64,000 bases of DNA from assembly GCA_944363035.1 (NCBI GenBank), contig CALVTS010000004.1, forward strand, positions 601 through 64,600, given 5' to 3'. Every line of letters begins with the position of its first letter. Positions within the stretch are counted from its first letter, which is position 1. A model generated the notes under the pieces. It did not search any database. It was not told the origin of the DNA and saw only the letters and a list, made by a program, of their open reading frames with translations. Position numbers and translations under genes: made by a program. Source of the stretch: an uncultured Clostridia bacterium (GTDB lineage Bacteria; Bacillota; Clostridia; Christensenellales; CAG-917). This document shows, in pieces, positions 42,365 through 49,327 of the stretch.

Positions 42365-44647
42365 ATGAAAAAAAGAATCGCAATTTTGTTGGTCCTCATA
42401 ATCGCGCTGTTCGTATGCGTCGGCGCGCTTGCGGGTTGCAACTCCATCATCGTGCTCAACGAGGACAGGGACGCCAATCAGGTGGTCGCCTCCGTGAGCT
42501 ACGAAGGGCAGACCTACAACATCCGCAAGTTCGAGTTGGAGCTCAGTTTCAATTCCTACGCTTATGTGTACCACACCTACTACGGCATGAGCTATCAGGA
42601 GGTGGCGGACTATCTGTTGCAATCCCTCGCCCAGCGTGAACTGCTCGTGCTGTTCGCCAAGGCGGAGCTTGTGGAACTTGCGGGTCTCGACGCCGCTCCT
42701 GCGGACGTCACCGTGAAGCAACTGCTCTCGGAAAGCGAGCGCGACCGCGCGGTGAAGAATGTCAACGAGGACGTCCTTTCCGCGATAAATTCCGCCGTGG
42801 AGTCCCTCATCGGCGCGAACAACGGCTCTTCCTCCGGCTCTTCGGACAAGGAAGAGTATGAGGAATACAACGGCAAGGACGCCATCACCGTCCTCTTCGA
42901 CTCTCAGGGCGGCAGCGCGGTCGAGCGTCAGCGCATAAAGAGCGGCACCACCGCTTTCGAGCCCGACGATCCCACCCGCGACGGCTACACCTTCTACGGC
43001 TGGTACACCGATCCCGAGTGCACCGAAAAGTTCGATTTCGCCACCGAACTCACCCAAAAGACCACGCTCTACGCCAAATGGGCGGAGTATCTCGAGCCCC
43101 GTCCCGTGCGCGAAGCCGAGGAGGAGGATCCCGACGCGGATTACGATCCCGACGCCTCTCTTCCCGAGGCGGATCGCGCTCCCCGCGCTTTCGACGGCGA
43201 GGATAAGCTCACTGCGGAGTACCGCAAGCTCATCATGAGCGGCGAGGTCGAGCTGGATTGCCTTTCCGCCTACTCCGAAGACAAGAGAGCGGAGTATCTC
43301 GACTTGTACCTCGACGACGCGGCGGAGGATGTCGCAAACGACTTTGCCGAGCTCCGCACCGGCTACGATTACTATCTCGACAACGAGATGAAGACCCTCC
43401 TCATCACCAGATTGGAGCGCAAGCTCGGCGAGAGCTCTTCCGTCACCGAGGCGGAGGTGCAGGCGCGCTTCGACAAGATGGTGGAGGACAACCGCGAGAC
43501 TTACGGCGGCAACCGCACCTCCTATGAGTCCGCGCTCACAGACGCGCTCGCCTCTTCCTACTATCACGAATACAAGGATTACGGGTTCGTCATCAACATC
43601 CTTCTCCGTCTGCCCGACGAGGATCTCGCCGTGCTCACCGAGATGGTGGAGGACGGGGTGTATGCCGACGGCGTCATAGAGAAAAAACGCGACGCCCTCC
43701 TCAAAGAGATGGAGATCCACGTCAGCAATCCCGACTACGATCCCGAATATACCTGCGACAAGCATCCTTGCGAAGCGGGCTCCGATTGCGATCCCATGAC
43801 CTGCCCCGAACACGAGTGCGTCGGCACCGTGAACGAGGGCGCGGATTGGAACAACATCGTGGAGTTCGTCTACAACAAGGAGACCGGTGAGGCGGAGATC
43901 AGATACAACGTCACCGCCTGCCCCTCCATGGCGTATCTGCCCGGCACCGTTCCCGCCTTCTCGGACGGCGAGCAGACGGGCATAGTGGAGCAGATCTATC
44001 AAAGTTTCGAAAAGGTCACCCAAGCCGTAAGCGACGGGATGTCCCGCGTGCTCGGAGTCTACTGGATGCGCGAGCTCGCCACCGCCTGGCTCTATCTCGT
44101 AGGAGATGACGAGGGCGGCACCACTTCGAGCTCCAACAACGGCGGGCTCGGATATATGATCACGCCCGAGGGCACGGATTCCGGCTACATCGACGCTTTC
44201 ACCGATCAGGCGCGCGCGCTCGTCAAGCAGGGCACAGGCTCCTACACCACGGGCGGGTTCGAGGAGTCCTACGTCTTCGGCGACAGCTTTATCGAGTCGG
44301 GTTCCACAAGCGGCGCATATGCCGGCATTTTCATCCTCGTCGCGACCTCCGTGCCGTATGACGACAGCCTCCTCGGCGTCGTCGAAAACGAGGACGGCAG
44401 CTATTCCGAGATCACTCTCGGTTACTCCGCCACCCCCGACGTGCTCCCCCTCGATTATGTCATAGAGTACGGTCCCACCCTCGAGGATTGCGTCACCATC
44501 CGTATGCAGATCGAGGAGACCCTCCTCTCCGGCAAACAAGCCGCCGTCTATGAGGAGACCGTCAACGCCTTCGGCGTCAAACACTTCGAGTCAAACATCT
44601 CCTATAATAGGGGGGCGTATGAGTCGTTGTGGGAGGACCTGGACTAA
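42365..44647 (+). CDS. Large PrsA/SurA-like foldase lipoprotein with inserted Listeria-Bacteroides repeat domain
   Basis: ATG at 42365 gives MKKRIAILLVLIIALFVCVGALAGC (lipobox). SurA_N-like N-terminus. ITVLFDSQGG...GYTFYGWYTDPECTEKFDF repeat. Degenerate parvulin-like GGLGYM...AFTDQARAL...AGIFILV near the C-terminus. Confidence 0.6.
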   Translation: MKKRIAILLVLIIALFVCVGALAGCNSIIVLNEDRDANQVVASVSYEGQTYNIRKFELELSFNSYAYVYHTYYGMSYQEVADYLLQSLAQRELLVLFAKAELVELAGLDAAPADVTVKQLLSESERDRAVKNVNEDVLSAINSAVESLIGANNGSSSGSSDKEEYEEYNGKDAITVLFDSQGGSAVERQRIKSGTTAFEPDDPTRDGYTFYGWYTDPECTEKFDFATELTQKTTLYAKWAEYLEPRPVREAEEEDPDADYDPDASLPEADRAPRAFDGEDKLTAEYRKLIMSGEVELDCLSAYSEDKRAEYLDLYLDDAAEDVANDFAELRTGYDYYLDNEMKTLLITRLERKLGESSSVTEAEVQARFDKMVEDNRETYGGNRTSYESALTDALASSYYHEYKDYGFVINILLRLPDEDLAVLTEMVEDGVYADGVIEKKRDALLKEMEIHVSNPDYDPEYTCDKHPCEAGSDCDPMTCPEHECVGTVNEGADWNNIVEFVYNKETGEAEIRYNVTACPSMAYLPGTVPAFSDGEQTGIVEQIYQSFEKVTQAVSDGMSRVLGVYWMRELATAWLYLVGDDEGGTTSSSNNGGLGYMITPEGTDSGYIDAFTDQARALVKQGTGSYTTGGFEESYVFGDSFIESGSTSGAYAGIFILVATSVPYDDSLLGVVENEDGSYSEITLGYSATPDVLPLDYVIEYGPTLEDCVTIRMQIEETLLSGKQAAVYEETVNAFGVKHFESNISYNRGAYESLWEDLD

Positions 44648-44769
44648 AACGCCGTCATTTGGCGAATAGCTTTGTCAAAGCCTCTGCCGTAGATGCTCAC
44701 TTACGATCAAGTAAGCTCCGCCTCTCGGCAGAGGCTTTTTCGCGCTCTTCATCCAAATGGCGACGTTTT
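44646..44769 (+). repeat. Module H1a: long hairpin starting inside the upstream stop codon
   Basis: Arms AAAACGCCGTCATTTGG (44646-44662) and CCAAATGGCGACGTTTT (44753-44769). Inner terminator-like hairpin GCCTCTGCCG...CGGCAGAGGC plus TTTTT (44680-44740). Confidence 0.7.
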
Positions 44770-44867
44770 CACCATACGAGCGTTCGGGTGAGGGTATCTC
44801 CTAACCCGTCGTACACTTATTCGGAGTGTGTTTGACTCCTACCTATACGCATTCGAAGACGGTCTCG

Positions 44868-44929
44868 CGCGCCGCTCAGCCAAACTTGCACAGCGGGCGT
44901 TTGCGCCCGCTCTTGCAAGTCGCGGCGCG
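44868..44929 (+). other. Module M copy 1: three-tier hairpin
   Basis: CGCGCCGC-tcagccaa-ACTTGCA-ca-GCGGGCG-tttg-CGCCCGC-tct-TGCAAGT-c-GCGGCGCG. Confidence 0.7.
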
Positions 44930-45177
44930 TATCTGCGACCTCGCAAGCTAGACGAATAATTAAGTAGACACGGGCTCGGTGCGCGTCGAGTCGCCCTCCT
45001 CGCCCCGCGAGCGACGTTCAGTCTATACTGGTATCCGCTTGATTATGTGAGTGCGAAACTCAAACCTTTTTCAAGAGGTGTTTTCATAAAGGCGCGGTTT
45101 GCGCCTTTATGAAAAAGTATATCCCGCATTTTAGGAGGACAGTCCTCTATTTCGAGTGGGGGAGGAGTCCCGAAGGG

Positions 45178-45230
45178 GAGGAGGGGGTACAATATTACCA
45201 TGTAAGGGGACGTAAACTCCATTTAATCAG
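45178..45230 (+). repeat. Module T copy 1 (tail module)
   Basis: GAGGAGGGGGTACAATATTACCATGTAAGGGGACGTAAACTCCATTTAATCAG. ~90% identical to the reverse complement of 51315-51367. Confidence 0.7.
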
Positions 45231-45557
45231 CCTGAATACGACGTGAACTTATTCAGAGCGTCCCTGAACCCGACGAATAAGTGTGCGTGGGGTTCAATCT
45301 AATTTAATTTGGGGGGTTACGTTCCCGCGACAGGGAAGTATTGTTGCCCCCTTCCTGCGGGTTTCCCCCAAAATCGTTCCCCCTTAAAAGGGAACCCACC
45401 ATTTTGGGGGAAACCTTCGGCGCTCGGGCATGAGGGCTACCGAGGACGGCGCCTCTGCGGCGCCGCCATGTTATGCCGCTTGCAATGCGCCCGCTTCGCG
45501 AAGAGAATGGCGCATTGCCGGCGCACTTTTCGTCTCGCCCTCGGCACTCACTTCGTC

Positions 45558-45607
45558 GCCGCCGACTTGCAAGAGGGCTACGCCCTGTGCAAGTTTGGCT
45601 AGGCGGC
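45558..45607 (-). other. Module M copy 2 (inverted orientation)
   Basis: Minus strand: GCCGCC-tagccaa-ACTTGCA-ca-GGGC-gta-GCCC-tct-TGCAAGT-c-GGCGGC. Confidence 0.65.
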
Positions 45608-45775
45608 TCCACTCCGAATAAGTTCACGTTGGGTTCAAACACACCCCGAATGAGTATACGTGGGAGTTCAAACACACCCCAAAGAGTTCACGTGGGAATC
45701 AAGCACGTTCCGAATAAATGTACGTAAAGTTCAAACACGCCCCAAATAAGTATACGTGGGAATCAAACGAGCATT

Positions 45776-46807
45776 TTATTTCTGCGGCTTGTTTGTGTCG
45801 GTTTTTTTGCGTTTGGGTTTTATGCGGAGCAACAATCCCTCGCGGGTGTGTTTGCGCAAAAAGGCGCGTATGCCGAACATCGCTTCGCGGGAGATGCGCA
45901 GGGCTTGCACCACCGCAAAGGCGTGCACCGCGAGCTTGCCCGTGCCGTGATAGTGTTCCACCTCCACGCCCAGGGAGCGCAGTTTTTCCACGAGGTCGAA
46001 AGTGAGTATGGCGAGGGCGTCGTACTGCGCCGAGATGGCGAATGTGGGCGGGAAATCCTTGGTGACGTGGTATATGGGCGAGATCTCGTTTTTTTCCTCT
46101 TCGGTGAGCTCGTCGAAGGGTTTTCCCCCGCAGTATGACTGGACGTAAAGTTCTATGTTGCGGAAGGGGAGCCCTATGGCTTTTTCCAGGTCGAAGACGC
46201 CGCAGTTGAGCACGAGTCCCGCGATCTTCTGGTGCCGACTTACGGGATCGAGGTCGAAGCGCGCGTTGTATTCGGGGTCGGATGAGATCGCGCCCGCCAT
46301 TGCCGAGAGATGCGCGCCCGCGGATTCGCCGCCCACAAATATGGCGTCCGTGTCGATGTTGTACTATTCGGCGTGCTGTTTGAGCCAGGCGAACGCCTTG
46401 TATATGTTGCGTATGGGCTCCGGATGGGGATAAAAAGGGGAGTGCCCGTAATAGAGGCTGACCACGAAGTATCCCGCCTCCGCGATGCGGGTGTTGAACG
46501 CCTCCCTCGTTTCCGGAAGCCCGCCTATCCAGCCGCCGCCGTGTATATAGACGAAGACGGGAGCCTTGATTTCGGGGTCTCTGTCCTTGCGCTGATAGAT
46601 GTTGAGATAGAGCCTTTCATTGTCGGGCGCGTAGCGCACGAACCTTGTCACGTCCACATTTATGGAGCGTTTGGCGTTGAACACGGTGAGGAATCCCAGC
46701 AGCTCGTTTTTGGCGTGTCCGGTGCGGACGTATGCGAATTTGACGTCGTAGAAGAGCTTTTCCTGAAACGCCTTCATGTCGTCGAGGGAGAATTTTTTTC
46801 TTTTCAT
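45776..46807 (-). pseudogene. Alpha/beta-hydrolase fold-3 esterase/lipase interrupted by one in-frame TAG
   Basis: Track ORFs 46364..46807 (HGGGW oxyanion motif VYIHGGGWIGG) and 45776..46336 (nucleophile elbow GGESAGA) are in the same frame, separated only by TAG at 46364-46366 (..AWLKQHAE*YNIDTDAIFVGGESAG..). Confidence 0.7.
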
Positions 46808-46847
46808 GGCAACTCCTTGGCGGCAGAGGTGATGTTTTGGGCAAGCA

Positions 46848-47627
46848 TTATTCCGCTTCGGTATAGAAATTTTTCCAGTCGGAGAGATTTTTCTCTGTCA
46901 CGCCGTACTCGGCGGCGAGGAAGTCCTCTATGCGCGGATATTTGTCGAATATGGACTTGTATGCGATGTCGAAGAGCTCCTCATGCACCCGCGAGGAATA
47001 CTCCACCACCTCGTAAAGTTCCTTGCGCAGGGGGAATTTGTGCATTATTTTCAGGATCTTGGAGTTGGAATTGGCGCGCAGGATGTTGGAGCGCAGATAT
47101 TCCTCCTTCGCCTGTTCCCGCGTTCTGCCCAGCGCGAGCTCTATCATCATGGCGGCGACGCCCGTCCTGTCCTTGCCCGCCGTGCAGTGGAATGCCACCG
47201 TCTTCCCCTCGTTCAGCCTGTCGAAGAGGAGCTTGTACGCGGGGCGCGCATAGGGCATATAAGCGTAGGAATCGCGGATGCCTTGCAATATCTCCCCGAA
47301 TTGTTCGTCGGAGCAGAAGAGCAGGGCGAGTTTTGTGCGGTTGGTGGGCGCGAGCACCTGAAATTTGGTGTCGCCGAAGACGGACGCGTTGACATATTCC
47401 ACTCCGAGGGGGAGCTCGTCGGGTTTTTCCTTGACCTCGCGGGGGACTCTGAGGTCCACCACGCAATCCAGCTTCAATCCGTCGAGGAAAACTTTGTCCT
47501 CTTCCGTCTTGGGTTTGAGGCGGCAGGTGCGGAAGATCTTTCCCTCTTTTATCCTGCCTCCCTGCGGGAGAGGGAGACCGCCCAGGTCTCTGAAATTGGA
47601 AAATGTCACGTTTGCGGGAATGTCCAT
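46848..47627 (-). CDS. Protein-tyrosine phosphatase-like protein (Y_phosphatase3 type)
   Basis: CX5R active-site loop HCTAGKDRTG. 259 aa. Confidence 0.8.
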   Translation of the reverse strand: MDIPANVTFSNFRDLGGLPLPQGGRIKEGKIFRTCRLKPKTEEDKVFLDGLKLDCVVDLRVPREVKEKPDELPLGVEYVNASVFGDTKFQVLAPTNRTKLALLFCSDEQFGEILQGIRDSYAYMPYARPAYKLLFDRLNEGKTVAFHCTAGKDRTGVAAMMIELALGRTREQAKEEYLRSNILRANSNSKILKIMHKFPLRKELYEVVEYSSRVHEELFDIAYKSIFDKYPRIEDFLAAEYGVTEKNLSDWKNFYTEAE

Positions 47628-47695
47628 ATCACGATTATATCAACATCCCGTCCGACGCGCAACAAACGCGCGGGATGTTTTTTCATTCCGAAGCG

Positions 47696-49003
47696 TCATA
47701 TCGCGAGCATGACCGCGAGCCCTCCGAGAGCGGCGGCAAGCGAGGGCAGGGTGATGAGCGCGCCCTTTTTCACAAAGTCGAAAAAGCGGAAATCCACCTT
47801 CTTGTGCTTGACTATGGACAGCCACATCATCGCGGACATGGAAGCCACCGGGGTAAGGAGGGACCCCATGTTGGAGCCTATCACGGTGGCGAACACCGCG
47901 GGCATGAGATTGGGCTCGGACACCGAGGAGAGTATCCCCACAAAGAACATACTCATCGGGAGGTTGTTCATCAGATTGCTCGCACCTGCCGACAACGCGC
48001 CGAAAGATATCATGGAGAGGTCGTTGTCAAAGACACCCGCGATCTTGTCGGTGACGCCGTTGTTCATGAGCGCCAGCACTACCACGAACATGGAAATGAG
48101 AAATGGCACCAGATGCCAGGGCATCCGCTTCGCCGTCTTTTTGAGGGGATGCAGGGATTGCTTTTTGGCAAGCAGGCATATCACCGCGCCCACCATGACC
48201 GCTCCCGCCGAACACAGGCACACTATCCACATATCCAGCCCTATGTAGGAGGAGATGATGAGCAGCACCGTGCACACGCCAAGCCCCGTCACTCCGACCA
48301 CGAGGGCGGGGACGTTTCTTATGGTCACTTCGAGTTCGCTCGCCTGCAAAGGGGCTTTCAGGCTTTTGCGGAATATCAGGAAGAGGAGCGCAAAGGACGT
48401 GACTGCGGCAAATATCGTGGGCAGAGCCATCATCCTCACGTATTCCATGAATCCCACCCCGAAGTAGGTGGCGATATACACGTTGGTGGTGTTGCCGATT
48501 ATCAGGAACATACTCCACGTGTTCGCGGCGACGTAGGTCATGAACACGAAGGGTATGGGATCGATGTTGCTGTTTTTGGCAAAATAGCAGATGAAGGGCG
48601 TGAATGTGAGCACGATGGTGCTGTTGGAGGTGAAGATGGTCACCGCCGAGATGATGAGATAGAGCAGGATGAACAGCTTCACCTGACTGGTGCCCGCGTG
48701 CTTCATCACCTTGGTTGCGAGCAACTTGAAAAAGCCCACCTTGTCCAGATATACGCTCATCGCGCTCATGGAAAGGAAGATGGCGAGTGTCTTCAACGGG
48801 TTCATGTCCGAATCGCCGAAGAACTGTTCCTCAAGCTGTCCGAGAGGGACCTCCCCCGTCGCTACGAGCACGATGGCGCAGACGAATGGCACCACCCAGT
48901 AGATGCGTATGCGCACTTTGCCGATGCGGGCTTTCGCGCCGAACGCGGTAGCCAGCACGACGCTGAGACAGGACAGACAGAGCATGGACACCGACAGAGC
49001 CAT
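47696..49003 (-). CDS. ArsB/NhaD-superfamily permease (anion/citrate-transporter-like)
   Basis: 435 aa, ~10-12 TM. GGAGG RBS. General similarity to ArsB/YbiR-type permeases. Confidence 0.7.
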   Translation of the reverse strand: MALSVSMLCLSCLSVVLATAFGAKARIGKVRIRIYWVVPFVCAIVLVATGEVPLGQLEEQFFGDSDMNPLKTLAIFLSMSAMSVYLDKVGFFKLLATKVMKHAGTSQVKLFILLYLIISAVTIFTSNSTIVLTFTPFICYFAKNSNIDPIPFVFMTYVAANTWSMFLIIGNTTNVYIATYFGVGFMEYVRMMALPTIFAAVTSFALLFLIFRKSLKAPLQASELEVTIRNVPALVVGVTGLGVCTVLLIISSYIGLDMWIVCLCSAGAVMVGAVICLLAKKQSLHPLKKTAKRMPWHLVPFLISMFVVVLALMNNGVTDKIAGVFDNDLSMISFGALSAGASNLMNNLPMSMFFVGILSSVSEPNLMPAVFATVIGSNMGSLLTPVASMSAMMWLSIVKHKKVDFRFFDFVKKGALITLPSLAAALGGLAVMLAI

Positions 49004-49139
49004 ATACGCACCTCCTTTTCTAATTTGAGAGGATACATAATATACTTAAATCGTACGGAAATCAACCGAATGCGGAAAAATTGTAAAAAATTTGTAAAAA
49101 TTTTTTACACCGTGCACCTCCCGCATTGCGGGACGGGGG

Positions 49140-49169
49140 TTGACAAAACTCCGCCCCCGAGACTACAAT
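49140..49169 (+). promoter_or_regulatory. Sigma-A-type promoter for the 49328 permease gene
   Basis: TTGACA (49140-49145), 18-nt spacer, TACAAT (49164-49169). Leaves a leader of ~150 nt. Confidence 0.6.
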
Positions 49170-49327
49170 CTTCTTGTGCCGCGGCGGCGCTTGCCCCCGC
49201 GTACTCCCGTCCGAGGGGGCGGAAAAGCTCGTCCGAAAATGCGGGAAAGTCCGGCGGACAAAGCCGTCGGGGACGTGGGATGAGAACGGCGCGCAAGGGC
49301 GTTGTTGCACGAAACGGAGGTTTAAGG

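Larger units (their letters stand above)
44646..45775. repeat. Locus R1: ORF-free modular repeat region (two convergent copies of a structured element family)
   Basis: 1130 nt between two stop codons. Shares modules and exact blocks with 50604-51480. See findings. Confidence 0.8.

Noticed and set aside
44646-44769. Integron attC site (structured imperfect palindrome right after a gene)
   Set aside because: The ends read TAAAAC...GTTTTC, which do not fit the RYYYAAC/GTTRRRY cores. The flanking genes are convergent rather than a co-oriented cassette array, and there is no intI.
45304-45675. Track ORFs inside the repeat loci (45304..45675, 45309..45602, 45473..45727, 50945..51253, 51233..51610 and others)
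   Set aside because: They have no RBS and overlap each other in several frames. Their translations are low-complexity. Conservation between R1 and R2 follows helices and exact nucleotide blocks rather than codons.
45608-45775. Possible CRISPR array (regular ~32-nt repeats)
   Set aside because: The repeat units abut directly with no unique spacers, they are highly degenerate, and no cas genes are in the window. This is a tandem sub-repeat array, not a CRISPR.
45611-45775. parS-like cores (GTTCACGTGGGAA against TGTTTCACGTGAAACA) in an origin-proximal region
   Set aside because: Only the CACGTG core matches in a minority of units. The units are not palindromic, and most have TACGTG, TGCGTG or CATGTG variants.
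46364-46366. TAG as pyrrolysine or reassigned sense codon
   Set aside because: TAG terminates yidD and sleB normally in this window and no pyl genes are visible. A nonsense mutation (pseudogene) or a sequencing error is more parsimonious.
47603-49327. N-terminal 575 codons of the 1000-aa plus-strand ORF 47603..50605
   Set aside because: This part is antisense to the permease gene 47696..49003 and to the promoter region, and is H/R/G/E-rich. Only the part from GTG 49328 (with RBS) looks like a membrane protein.
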